Shown here one piece after another: positions 1 to 9,394 of a DNA stretch of 64,000 bases. Below the pieces are notes generated by a model, which saw only the letters and a program-made list of their open reading frames with translations, did not search any database and had not been told where the DNA came from. Made by a program: the position numbers and the translations under genes. The DNA lies in NCBI GenBank assembly GCA_043813585.1, contig JBDRKW010000006.1, positions 149,741-213,740 of the forward strand, given 5' to 3'. The stretch's first letter is position 1. Each line of letters starts with the position of its first letter. This DNA comes from Candidatus Kerfeldbacteria bacterium. Lineage in GTDB: Bacteria; Patescibacteriota; Patescibacteriia; UBA9570; XYC2-FULL-38-9.

Positions 1-456
1 TGACGGATCAAACGTGGGGCTTATTGTCTGAAAATAGTAATTATACTGTTTATTAAACCATATCGCGGAACAATCATATTGCGAACCTCCCGCGCCGTTA
101 CAGAGCTGATCAAACGCATCGACATCAAACAATACTGCAGGATAAGGGCGAATTGCCAGCGCCCCGGTTGCGACGCCTGAATAATCGTACACGCCCAAGC
201 TCTCCTCGAACAACCCCTCATTCCATACAATAACCTCATTTGAATCAATTCTCAGCCAATTCGTATCGCGATGCCCCCGGACCATCTCCATGCCTTCGCG
301 CGCAAGATTAGCTGCGACGAATTCATTGCTCATGATCTGGCCGCTGACAAACGACGTGGTGCTCAACGTCATAATCGATATCACCCCGAACAAAATCACG
401 CCGATCGCGAGAACGGTTTCCAGCAATGAAAAGCCGCGTTGTGGGTTGCGCCGCAT
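1..456 (-). CDS. Type IV (pseudo)pilin-like protein; C-terminus runs off the window edge
   Basis: Hand translation of the minus strand from ATG 456-454 gives MRRNPQRGFSLLETVLAIGVILFGVISIM..., a class III prepilin leader plus hydrophobic helix. There is no stop down to position 1. The ORF track misses it because it is truncated. Confidence 0.6.
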   Translation of the reverse strand, partial: MRRNPQRGFSLLETVLAIGVILFGVISIMTLSTTSFVSGQIMSNEFVAANLAREGMEMVRGHRDTNWLRIDSNEVIVWNEGLFEESLGVYDYSGVATGALAIRPYPAVLFDVDAFDQLCNGAGGSQYDCSAIWFNKQYNYYFQTISPTFDPS

Positions 457-457
457 A

Positions 458-991
458 TTAATATTCAAGCTGGCCGGTCTGGCCGTTGATCTTCATTGTT
501 ATTTCGTCTCCGCTCTGCGTATGGGACAGTACAACTCCCATATCAGCGCCGAGCGTTGCATTAGAGTAAAAATTTCCGCCGGGTAGCTGCACGAAAAAAT
601 CGCAGGATGCAACGCCGGGAAAACAATTGCCAATGATTACGTTACTGATGAGCTCTTCGACTTCGATATCATGGTGTTGAATGAGTGTATCAATGCCGGC
701 GTCAAACTTGTTGTTGCCGTCGAACTCCGCATAAATATCATAAGCAGATGTCGTTTTCAAAAACACGATGCCATAGCCGCGCGGTACGGTGCCGGTGACG
801 CTGTCAATCTTTCCGGACTGCGCCCATGACGTAACGGTTCGGATATCGGCCGAAATCGTTGACACGGCCAAGTCAAGCTCCGCGTCCGCCTGCGGCGATG
901 CAAAACGCGTAATAACAAGCGTCGACAATATACCAACTATCCCAATAACGATAAGCAGTTCGATTAGAGTAAAACCTCTGTGTCGCTTCAT
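458..991 (-). CDS. Prepilin-type N-terminal cleavage/methylation domain protein (minor pilin/pseudopilin)
   Basis: MKRHRGFTLIELLIVIGIVGILSTLVI motif. The likely start is the internal Met at 991; the longer ORF overlaps pilD. Confidence 0.65.
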   Translation of the reverse strand: MKRHRGFTLIELLIVIGIVGILSTLVITRFASPQADAELDLAVSTISADIRTVTSWAQSGKIDSVTGTVPRGYGIVFLKTTSAYDIYAEFDGNNKFDAGIDTLIQHHDIEVEELISNVIIGNCFPGVASCDFFVQLPGGNFYSNATLGADMGVVLSHTQSGDEITMKINGQTGQLEY

Positions 992-1767
992 ACGAGTAAT
1001 CCTAAATACCAATCAATCATGGTGTCGCCGTACAGCAGGGATACGAATGTCGCAACGCTTAAAAACGTACCAAACGCAATGCGCGTTTTCATCCCGGCTT
1101 GTTTTCGCAGTAGCATCGCCGATGCAATCAGCGCTCCTCCGACATAGGCCAAAAACAGCGCCAGGATTGTCGCCTGCCATCCCAGCAATAATCCCATGAG
1201 TATTCCCAAGCGAATATCACCATCGCCAATCCATTTTCCATTGGAGACAATGTACTGAAACCAAAAGAAAAAACCGGCAATCACGGCACCTGTCACCATA
1301 TTCAGGATAGTCATTCCGTTTACCAAACCAAACAAAAAGGCCAGTACGATTGCCGGCAGTATCACGACATCCGGCAGCTGATGGTGCTTATAATCATACA
1401 AGAAAAGAAATACGAGAATGGCACCGGTTATTATGGCCGTCGCCATCTGCACGCTCCAGCCGAACTCGAACGCCGACAACGCAAATACGCCGGCGGTCAC
1501 CAACTCTACCAATGGGTACTGCAAAGAGATCCTCTTTCCGCAAAAGCGACAGCGGCCCCGCAGCACCATGTATGAAAACAGGGGTATTAAATCACGCGCA
1601 AGCAGCGTCTTGCTGCAGTGCGGGCAAATGCTGCGCTCAGCCTCTCCCTCGCCGGTGAGAAATAAACTACGCCCGGTTGCCAGGCGGTATTCCGCAGCGT
1701 TCATGAAACTGCCGATCGAAAGCCCAAAAACAAAGCTAAAAATAATCAATAGGTAATCTACAAGCAT
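988..1767 (-). CDS. pilD: Prepilin peptidase (A24 family)
   Basis: N-terminal CPHC...CRFC zinc motif and a polytopic membrane body with a DGD catalytic region. It sits next to pilin genes. Confidence 0.85.
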   Translation of the reverse strand: MLVDYLLIIFSFVFGLSIGSFMNAAEYRLATGRSLFLTGEGEAERSICPHCSKTLLARDLIPLFSYMVLRGRCRFCGKRISLQYPLVELVTAGVFALSAFEFGWSVQMATAIITGAILVFLFLYDYKHHQLPDVVILPAIVLAFLFGLVNGMTILNMVTGAVIAGFFFWFQYIVSNGKWIGDGDIRLGILMGLLLGWQATILALFLAYVGGALIASAMLLRKQAGMKTRIAFGTFLSVATFVSLLYGDTMIDWYLGLLV

Positions 1768-1805
1768 AATTGTATTATACCGTCCCTGGCCGTGTCACAC
1801 AATAC

Positions 1806-1834
1806 AAAAAAAGGCCCGTATCGGGCCTTTTTTC
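1806..1834. terminator. Bidirectional rho-independent terminator after the major pilin gene
   Basis: aaaaaaaGGCCCGtatCGGGCCttttttt is a perfect 6-bp GC stem flanked by A- and T-runs. Confidence 0.6.
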
Positions 1835-1850
1835 AAGTAGTGTACGTATT

Positions 1851-2354
1851 TTACAGAGTTGAATCGCCTGATAGGCAGTACACCGGATCATTACACTGCA
1901 AATTAGCGTCAACTGTCCGGGCATCATTAGAGTTGAGCCGAACCCAACCGACGCCGCCAACGCTTCCGTCAACATCCTGGTTCAGTGACGAATGGTTGCT
2001 GTTTTCGAGTATTACGCCAATGTAGTATTGGTCGTTGTTCGTTCCATTTAGGAGGTAATCATAATACGTGCCGGTGTCATGGTCCGGATCGACAGGGATT
2101 GCACTCATGTATGCAGAAACATCGCTGCCAAGAGTCGTCCATGTCTTGCCTACCGGAATCAGCGGATAGTCCGCATTCGCGTTCCAGTACAGCTCAAGTG
2201 CCGTCTGGATCGCCTTTGCGTCTGCAACACGCTTGGTGTCGCGCGCGCGCTGCTGCGCTGAGGTCAATGATACGATTGCCAATGTTGCCAGCAAACCGAT
2301 GATGGCAACAACGATAAGCAATTCGATCAGGGTAAACCCTTTTTGAATTTTCAT
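1851..2354 (-). CDS. pilA: Type IV major pilin
   Basis: MKIQKGFTLIELLIVVAIIGLLATLAIVSL prepilin signal. The 167-aa size fits, and the gene is followed by a terminator. Confidence 0.8.
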   Translation of the reverse strand: MKIQKGFTLIELLIVVAIIGLLATLAIVSLTSAQQRARDTKRVADAKAIQTALELYWNANADYPLIPVGKTWTTLGSDVSAYMSAIPVDPDHDTGTYYDYLLNGTNNDQYYIGVILENSNHSSLNQDVDGSVGGVGWVRLNSNDARTVDANLQCNDPVYCLSGDSTL

Positions 2355-2443
2355 CGCGTTGTTTTCTTAACGTTTATCTTATTAATTAAAGTCAGAATAT
2401 ATTGTACCATATTTTAAGCAAAGGTGCAAAAAGCTTTTCAACA

Positions 2444-3646
2444 CTAGATATTTTCGGTCACCTGGTAAATTGGCAATAATATGCCTGCAATCAGAATAAG
2501 CGCGCCGGCTCCAAGCACAAGCATAATTATCGGTTCAACAATGCTTACCAACGCCCCGGTAAGGGATTCAACCTCACTGGTGTAGAAATCGGAAATCTTA
2601 GCCAAAATCTGGTCCATCTTGCCGGTTTCCTCCCCGACACTGACCATTTGCGACAACATCAGCGGTATGTACTTACTCTGTTCAAGCGACTTCGACAGCG
2701 GCTGTCCACCTTCCACGTCTTTCACAGCTTTCTGCATGATTGACTTATACATGTCATTGCCGACAACATCGCCCACAATCGTGATTGCCTGGTTCACCGG
2801 CACGCCTGAAGCCAGAAGGTTTCCGAGGCTCCGCGATAAGCGCGCCAGGTAAATCTTGCGGAAAATAGTTCCGATAATCGGGATATGAAGCTTTGCGCGC
2901 CCAATAAACGTCTTGCCTGCCGGATTATTTATTGCAAAGAGGTATCCGCCGGCCAGGCCGCCGATAACAATAATAATCAGCCACCAGTACGAGGTAATTG
3001 CGTGGCTTACCCATACCAGGATGCGCGTCACAAGCGGCAATTCGGTGCCGCTCTGCGCAACCACGTCCAATAAATTCGGGATAACGAAAATCATCATGAA
3101 GATGAACACACCGCCGAGAGCGGCAACGATAAACACCGGGTAAATCATGGAGCTGATGATCTTCGACCGCAATTGGTAGTCTTTCTCCTTCTGGTCGGCC
3201 AGGTATTCCAGCACCTCGTCCAGTCGGCCGGTGGTCTCCCCCGCGCGGATCATATACACGAAAAAATCATCAAACACTTTCTCGTGCTTATGCATGGCCG
3301 CTGACAAACGTGCGCCGCTGTCTACGTCGTCGGCAACAGCCGAAATGACATCCTGGAACTTCTTGTTCTCAACCTGCTGGATAAGAATGCGCAGCGCCCG
3401 CACAATCGGCACGGTGGCGGAAATCAACACGGACAGCTGGCGGGCAAACAGCACGACATCTTTGGCCTTCACGCCTGTGAGGGAGATGCTGGCAATGCTA
3501 AAGCCGCCGCCTTTCTTGTGCGATTCGAGTAAAATGAGATTTTTCCCGCGGATAACCTCCTGGAGAACCGCTTCGGACGGCGCCTCCAATACGCCTTCGA
3601 CAAGGTTCCCCTGGGGATCGCGCGCCTTATAATTGAATTCGGGCAT
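2444..3646 (-). CDS. pilC: Type IV pilus assembly platform protein (GspF/PilC family)
   Basis: 400 aa with two GspF-like repeats and three TM segments. It lies between pilA and pilT. Confidence 0.85.
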   Translation of the reverse strand: MPEFNYKARDPQGNLVEGVLEAPSEAVLQEVIRGKNLILLESHKKGGGFSIASISLTGVKAKDVVLFARQLSVLISATVPIVRALRILIQQVENKKFQDVISAVADDVDSGARLSAAMHKHEKVFDDFFVYMIRAGETTGRLDEVLEYLADQKEKDYQLRSKIISSMIYPVFIVAALGGVFIFMMIFVIPNLLDVVAQSGTELPLVTRILVWVSHAITSYWWLIIIVIGGLAGGYLFAINNPAGKTFIGRAKLHIPIIGTIFRKIYLARLSRSLGNLLASGVPVNQAITIVGDVVGNDMYKSIMQKAVKDVEGGQPLSKSLEQSKYIPLMLSQMVSVGEETGKMDQILAKISDFYTSEVESLTGALVSIVEPIIMLVLGAGALILIAGILLPIYQVTENI

Positions 3647-3657
3647 AAACGACGTTG

Positions 3658-4719
3658 TTACATGAACTGTTCGGGATTGTTAGAAAACCGGGCCGCCTCT
3701 TGTTTGCGAATGAGCCCCTGCTGGACTGCCTGCATCAGCGCATCATCGAGCGGCAGCACGCCGTCCTGCCCCCGCGACGTTTGCATAAAATTTTCCAGCG
3801 ATGCAATGTCGCCTTTCTGGATCACGCTACGCACCGCATCGTTCGGAACAAGCACCTCTGCAATCATCACTTTATCGCCGGTAAGAGAAGTAATCACCCG
3901 CTGGTTAATGATGCCGGCCAGGCTTGACGCGAGCTCTGCGCGCGCATGGCTCTGGTACGCCGGATCAAAGCTGTTAATAATCAGGTTAAGCGCCGCCACC
4001 ATGGAATTCGCGTTCAATATGCCGAATACCGTCTTTCCGGTATTGGCCACCTGGAGCGCTTTGCTCATCGCTTCCGGTTCTGACAAGTCAGTGACCATGA
4101 CTATATCAACGTCTTCCGCCAGCACAAAATCCAGGCCTTCGGCCACGGAACGAACGTCCTTGCCTACCTCGCGCTGGTCGATTACGCACTGGTTATCGTT
4201 GAATAAAATCTCAACCGGATCTTCAATCGTCACAATATGCTTTTGCGCAGACTGGTTGAGATACTCGACAAAGCCGGCCACAGTGGTTCCCTGGCGGGCG
4301 CCGTACGGGCCGATAACCAGCACCAGGCCCATCGGCACATTTACCAGCTGCTGTGCAGCCTGCGGCAGTCCCAGCTCCTGCAGTGTCGGAATTAAATCCG
4401 GAATCAGCGTCAGCGACGCAGACAGGTGGTTCTGCTGGTAAAACACCGAGATGCGGAACCGCTTCCCGTTCTCAAACGTCTTGGTTACGATAATCTCCTT
4501 CTGTTCATACAGCCGCTCGCGGTCCTCGTCATCCAGCCACTCCAGAATGACGCGCTCCATAAAATCAGGAGTCAGCACAGACTGCTCCGGCATCGGCATC
4601 AGCTTTCCGCCCACGCGCATCATCGGCGGGTTGCCGACAGAAAGATGGACGTCCGTCGCCTTATAAGTATCGATCTCCGAAAGCATCTTTCGGATGGCAA
4701 GTTGGTCTGCTGTTTCCAT
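3658..4719 (-). CDS. pilT: Twitching-motility retraction ATPase
   Basis: 353 aa in the PilT/PilU AAA+ family (GPTGSGKSTT-like region, PilT-length protein). Confidence 0.85.
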   Translation of the reverse strand: METADQLAIRKMLSEIDTYKATDVHLSVGNPPMMRVGGKLMPMPEQSVLTPDFMERVILEWLDDEDRERLYEQKEIIVTKTFENGKRFRISVFYQQNHLSASLTLIPDLIPTLQELGLPQAAQQLVNVPMGLVLVIGPYGARQGTTVAGFVEYLNQSAQKHIVTIEDPVEILFNDNQCVIDQREVGKDVRSVAEGLDFVLAEDVDIVMVTDLSEPEAMSKALQVANTGKTVFGILNANSMVAALNLIINSFDPAYQSHARAELASSLAGIINQRVITSLTGDKVMIAEVLVPNDAVRSVIQKGDIASLENFMQTSRGQDGVLPLDDALMQAVQQGLIRKQEAARFSNNPEQFM

Positions 4720-4727
4720 AGTTGCGC

Positions 4728-6464
4728 TTATTCTTCAGTAACGGTCCAGACCTCTTCAATCGTCGTCTGGCCACGCAAGGCCTTGATAAGACCGTCCTGT
4801 TTCAGCGTATAAAAACCCTGTCTTTTTAACTCTTCCTCCACGATGTGATACTGGTTGATCTGCCCTTCGGCAATAATCTCCTTAAACCGGTCGGTAATCT
4901 CAATAATCTCGGAAATTGATACGCGGCCGCGGTAGCCGGTATTATCGCACCGCTCGCATCCTTTGCCGCGCGAAACCTTCAGCGGCAGTGTTGAAGTGAT
5001 ATCCTTCGGCAGCGACTGCTTCGGGATGCTCTGAAGTTCAACCAACACGGAGCTCTCCATCTCAACCGGCAGCGTCAAATCTTCCTTGCAGTCATCGCAA
5101 ATTTTGCGGACAAGGCGCTGTGCCGCAATAAGGTTCAGAGAAGAGGATATTAAAAACGGTTCAATTCCCATGTCCACAAGGCGCGGAATCGCGCCAAGGG
5201 CGTTATTGGTATGCAGCGTGGAAAGCAGCATGTGACCGGTCAGCGCTGCATGGACCGCAAGCTCGGCTGTTTCGGCGTCACGAACCTCACCGACCATAAT
5301 GATATCCGGATCCTGGCGCAGAATGGAGCGCAGTCCGTTTGAAAATGACAGCCCGATCTCCGGCCGCACCTGCGACTGGGAGATGCCCTGAATGTGGTAC
5401 TCGACCGGATCTTCAAGCGTGATGATGTTGCGCGATTCTATGTTCAGCATCTGCAGCATGGCATAGAGCGTCGTCGACTTACCGGAACCGGTCGGCCCCG
5501 TGATCAGCAGCATGCCGTGAGGAATTTTCATGTGCTCCGTTATCACTTCCAGGTTGCGGTCTGAATACCCGAGCTCTTCCGGCGACTGCACCCCCGACTC
5601 CGTGTCCAAAATACGCAGCACGACCTTTTCCCTGCCGATCAGCGGCAGCGTTGAAACGCGAAAATCGATATCGCGCTTGTCAAACGACATTCGGAACCGG
5701 CCGTCCTGCGGCAGGCGCGTTTCATCCAGCTTCAGGTTCGACAGCACCTTGATGCGGGCAACAACTGAATCATGGACGTTCTTAGGCACCTGCAGCGACG
5801 TATGCAGCACGCCGTCCACGCGGTAGCGCACCCGTGTCTCATCATCCATCGGCTCGATATGTACGTCGGATGCATTTCCCTCCACTGCATACCGCAGAAT
5901 AACAGAGACAATTTTCGACACAGGCGCTGACTTCACCGCCGAATCGGCTGCCTCTTCTTCCAGTTGCTCTTCCATCGGCTTTTCCGCATCTCCTGCAAGA
6001 GCATCATTCAGCTCAATAGACATGCCAGCATACTGCCGGAGCACGGAATTCACGCTTGATTCGGAGGTGATGAAATACTTCAGTTTAATGTTGTCCCGGC
6101 GCGCGATAAAATCAAGCGCCTCAATCGCTTTGTAATTCAACGGATCCGCCATTGCAACCGAAACCGAGTCCCCGTCACGCGAAAAAGGAACTACCTGGTA
6201 ATTCTCGGCAATATCCTGGGTGAAAACATTCAGCACCTCTACCGGCATGTCCTTATCAATTAAAAAGACATACGGTATGCCAAGCACCTCCGCCTCGGTT
6301 TTTGCCAGCTCCTCTTCATCAACGATCGCCTCGGTAATAAGGACGTCATACATATGCAGCGCATCCTCCCGCGACTTTTCTGCAAGGGTATTTATTTGCT
6401 CATCCGTTAGGGCCTCTTTTTCCCGGAGCTTTTCTATGACTGCTGTTTTATCCTCGTCTTTCAT
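4728..6464 (-). CDS. pilB: Type IV pilus assembly ATPase (GspE/PilB)
   Basis: 578 aa with an N-terminal GSPII domain, Walker A GPTGSGKSTT and a CxxC...CxxC tetracysteine motif. Confidence 0.9.
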   Translation of the reverse strand: MKDEDKTAVIEKLREKEALTDEQINTLAEKSREDALHMYDVLITEAIVDEEELAKTEAEVLGIPYVFLIDKDMPVEVLNVFTQDIAENYQVVPFSRDGDSVSVAMADPLNYKAIEALDFIARRDNIKLKYFITSESSVNSVLRQYAGMSIELNDALAGDAEKPMEEQLEEEAADSAVKSAPVSKIVSVILRYAVEGNASDVHIEPMDDETRVRYRVDGVLHTSLQVPKNVHDSVVARIKVLSNLKLDETRLPQDGRFRMSFDKRDIDFRVSTLPLIGREKVVLRILDTESGVQSPEELGYSDRNLEVITEHMKIPHGMLLITGPTGSGKSTTLYAMLQMLNIESRNIITLEDPVEYHIQGISQSQVRPEIGLSFSNGLRSILRQDPDIIMVGEVRDAETAELAVHAALTGHMLLSTLHTNNALGAIPRLVDMGIEPFLISSSLNLIAAQRLVRKICDDCKEDLTLPVEMESSVLVELQSIPKQSLPKDITSTLPLKVSRGKGCERCDNTGYRGRVSISEIIEITDRFKEIIAEGQINQYHIVEEELKRQGFYTLKQDGLIKALRGQTTIEEVWTVTEE

Positions 6465-7402
6465 TCAGTTGCGGTTACCGTTTCGTCTTCCTGGTCAAAT
6501 GGCGTGAATGGGAGGCTGTTGCCTGCCGTCGGCATCTGGAAATCATCACTTGAACTGTTCCCGGACGCATCCACGCTCACCACGGTGTAATAATACGTTT
6601 TATTCGGGTCAACCGCGTCAAAATATTCCTGCGGAGCTTTTTTCTTGATGGCTGCCAGCTCCTCTCCGCGGTTGCCGTACGATGTTGAACGGTACAAACG
6701 TACAAGGTCTACGTCTTCCTCGCCGGAAAGCTCCCATGTCAGCAGCAAGCCGGTCTTCTGCGATTCCAGTACCGGGGTTATACCAACGTTTCGCGGCGGT
6801 GAAGGAGGAATTTCATCTGTCGGCGTAATAAGCACGGAAGGCGAGTCTGCAGAAGCATAGGTCTTGCCGCCGACCTCGTTCACGGAAACGACGGAATATT
6901 CGTAGCGAACCCTGTTTTGCACCGTGTCATCGATATATTCGAGGCCGGAAAAGCCTTCGGCAATCAGCTTGCGGTCCTTCACGGTCGATCCGTCGATTGT
7001 GGCGCGGTAGATATTTACCATCTGAACAAATTCCGGGCGCGTCCAGAATAATGCGACTTCGTCGCCAACGCGCGTATTCAGCACAGTCAAATCGCTCACC
7101 GGCGGCGGCGTCTTCGGATCCGCCAGCGTGGCTTCTACCTGCTCTGCCGATACCGCCTGAGGATACAGTTCCAGCTCGAGAAACGCCTCCCCGGTCAAAA
7201 CATCAGACCGAAACGATATGATCGCGGGCATCTCCTGCGCATACGCCGGCCGGTTAAACAGCCCGAATGCGGAATGGTCATCGCGGCTGGTGTAAACCGC
7301 AAGCCCTCCAACCACGGCAACAAGCATGATAAAAATGACTTCCCTGATAAATAGGCTGGGCGATTCGATCTTTTGTTGTTTGCTCCGCTGTTTCATAATC
7401 AT
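6461..7402 (-). CDS. Membrane-anchored protein with two fibronectin-III-like domains, pilus-cluster associated
   Basis: N-terminal TM helix followed by two roughly 100-aa β-rich modules (YEYSVVSVN... / YYYTVVSVDASGN). It is embedded between pilO and pilB. Confidence 0.4.
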   Translation of the reverse strand: MIMKQRSKQQKIESPSLFIREVIFIMLVAVVGGLAVYTSRDDHSAFGLFNRPAYAQEMPAIISFRSDVLTGEAFLELELYPQAVSAEQVEATLADPKTPPPVSDLTVLNTRVGDEVALFWTRPEFVQMVNIYRATIDGSTVKDRKLIAEGFSGLEYIDDTVQNRVRYEYSVVSVNEVGGKTYASADSPSVLITPTDEIPPSPPRNVGITPVLESQKTGLLLTWELSGEEDVDLVRLYRSTSYGNRGEELAAIKKKAPQEYFDAVDPNKTYYYTVVSVDASGNSSSDDFQMPTAGNSLPFTPFDQEDETVTATE

Positions 7403-8100
7403 TGAACTCCGGTTTGTTCTACCGTCGTACCAGGGTGAAGGAAATACGTCTGAAGCTGCAATGCATAGCTGGCGGATCCCGGTGAAAACGTCAGGTTCTG
7501 CAGATCCAGGATCGGGACAAATGACTCCAGCGTATCCAGAAACAGCTTCAATTCCTCATAGGTCCCCTCACCGCTCTCAATATTCAGCGTAATGGTGGCC
7601 GTACGAACATCCTTGCTTGTAAACTTCGACGCCTCACCCGCAATCGTTCCGGCATCTGTTATAGTCGCTTCCGCTACCGGCTCCGGCTTCACAACGTCTA
7701 TGCTTAAAATCGCCAGGCCGGCCTGCTCTGCCAGCGCGCTCATCCGGTTAATCACCGAAGCGGGCTCAAGTCCAACCGGCAACAGATGATCCATCTGCTG
7801 CAGCCGTTCTTCCGACAACTTGGAATATTCTGTTTCCATTGTCTGCAGCTGCAACAAGTAGTTCTCGCGCTCCTGCAGCCGCGCACTCGTATCCTCATAA
7901 CCTATCAGTCCGGCTTCCTCAATTTTCGTCAATTCCTTGTCGAGTAACACAAACCATCCAACCACCAGAATCAGCACCGCCTCAAGCGCAACAAACCATA
8001 AATAATATTTCGAGATAAACTCGACCACGGCGCCGGCTATTTTTTTCAGGTTAATCTGCATTGCCATATGATCGCGGGTGTGAAAAAAGTGACGGGTCAA
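7399..8100 (-). CDS. pilO: PilO-like pilus assembly protein
   Basis: Single N-terminal TM helix, a coiled-coil and a C-terminal α/β domain. Its position after the PilN-like gene supports the call. Confidence 0.55.
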   Translation of the reverse strand: MTRHFFHTRDHMAMQINLKKIAGAVVEFISKYYLWFVALEAVLILVVGWFVLLDKELTKIEEAGLIGYEDTSARLQERENYLLQLQTMETEYSKLSEERLQQMDHLLPVGLEPASVINRMSALAEQAGLAILSIDVVKPEPVAEATITDAGTIAGEASKFTSKDVRTATITLNIESGEGTYEELKLFLDTLESFVPILDLQNLTFSPGSASYALQLQTYFLHPGTTVEQTGVQ

Positions 8101-9385
8101 ACTGGATGCTCAGCGAAAACGTTACGTATACCTTCTCTTTTGTTTCGGGTGCCTGTTCTGTTGCTGTCTCTTCCGGCGTTGTTTCCGCAGACTGCTCTAT
8201 ATTGGATGCAAGAAACTGCGACGCAGATGAAGAAAATACGCTCGTTACATACGGAGAATTCCGCAGCGTATTCAGCTGTGACTCAATCTGCGAATAATCA
8301 GTGGCAATAGCTTTAAAGGTAAACAGCCCCGTGGTTGCAGAACCGGTCATAGACTGGTAATACACTGTCGGCAGCGTAAGGCCTTCCACCAACTGGAGAA
8401 ACGGCGTCCAGTACACGTGCTGCCGAAGCACTTCATCAACGTTATTCAGCTGCTCGCTCAACTCCTTGGCGTCTGCCTGGAGGGTTCGATACTGCGCGAT
8501 CTGCAACTCCACCTGCTGAATCTGATCTTCCGTCACGGCAATGTTCGTGTTCAGCCGCTGTTGGTACCACTTCATGCCGCCATACACGGCGAATAAAAAT
8601 ACCAGAAAGATGACACCCGCACCGATCAGCTCCCGGTAGCGGTTGCGGACGATAAACTCCTCGCGGATCTCTTCCGGAATAAGATTCACGCCCAAAAAGC
8701 CGCCTTTTTGGACGATCTCTTCTTTCTTCTTTCCTTTTTTCTTGCCGTTCTTCTTGTTCTTCTTGCCGTTCTTTTTCGGCTCAGCAAGAACTTCGGGGAC
8801 ATGCACCTTTGGCATGTCTTTACCCTGCGCTCCACGCGGATCCTTTAAATCGGGAGCTTCATCAGGCGTGACCGGCGGCGCAATGTGCTCGCCAAAATCA
8901 CGGGGCTGCGTCGCTGCAGCCAATAAGTCAGTGGCCGCCTTCTCTTTTTGATGAATCGGCGCCGTATGCTCTTTTGGCTGGGGTTGCGGAGTAGGCGCAG
9001 GCACTGGCTTCTGTTTTGGAACCGGCAGCGGTTTCGGCCTCTTCTTTTTTTTATGCTTTGGCGGTTCAGGCGTCTTTTCGGCTTGCTCTGTATCTGTAAT
9101 AGTGCTCATCGCTTTCTTCGCCGCCCGCACTGCGTCGCGCGCTGCGTCATCTGCGTCTCTGGCAGCCCGTTGCGCATCCCTGGCCGCCTTCATTGTTTCG
9201 CGCTTGCGGCGCCATGCGGAAAACGATGAACCTCTCTTCGGGCGGGACTGGGGCTGCGATTCCGGCAGTTTAGGTTCCGGCTTTTCTGTTGCCGGCTTAT
9301 CGGATTCCGGCTGGGAATACTCAATATCGAACGACTCCGGCCGTTCTTTTTCCTCCTTCTCTGGTACGAAACTGATTCCCTTCAT
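8051..9385 (-). CDS. pilN: PilN-like protein with a long K/P/A-rich low-complexity N-terminal extension
   Basis: The C-terminal half has a TM helix, coiled-coil and periplasmic domain typical of PilN. The N-terminal roughly 230 aa is low complexity (KKNGKK repeats, PKPLPVPKQKP). Confidence 0.5.
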   Translation of the reverse strand: MKGISFVPEKEEKERPESFDIEYSQPESDKPATEKPEPKLPESQPQSRPKRGSSFSAWRRKRETMKAARDAQRAARDADDAARDAVRAAKKAMSTITDTEQAEKTPEPPKHKKKKRPKPLPVPKQKPVPAPTPQPQPKEHTAPIHQKEKAATDLLAAATQPRDFGEHIAPPVTPDEAPDLKDPRGAQGKDMPKVHVPEVLAEPKKNGKKNKKNGKKKGKKKEEIVQKGGFLGVNLIPEEIREEFIVRNRYRELIGAGVIFLVFLFAVYGGMKWYQQRLNTNIAVTEDQIQQVELQIAQYRTLQADAKELSEQLNNVDEVLRQHVYWTPFLQLVEGLTLPTVYYQSMTGSATTGLFTFKAIATDYSQIESQLNTLRNSPYVTSVFSSSASQFLASNIEQSAETTPEETATEQAPETKEKVYVTFSLSIQFDPSLFSHPRSYGNAD

Positions 9386-9394
9386 TTAGGAATG

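Noticed and set aside
21-586. ORF-track calls 21..248 (-) and 290..586 (+)
   Set aside because: Both are out-of-frame or antisense relative to the prepilin-like ORF that I hand-translated on the minus strand (456 to position 1, no stops, with a class III leader). They have no motifs and arbitrary composition.
8700-8780. Possible CRISPR-like or minisatellite repeats (also 27700..27790)
   Set aside because: The repeats are 12-nt in-frame tandem units inside ORFs, encoding KKNGKK and GNVT repeats. They have no spacer architecture and no cas genes, so they are coding low complexity.
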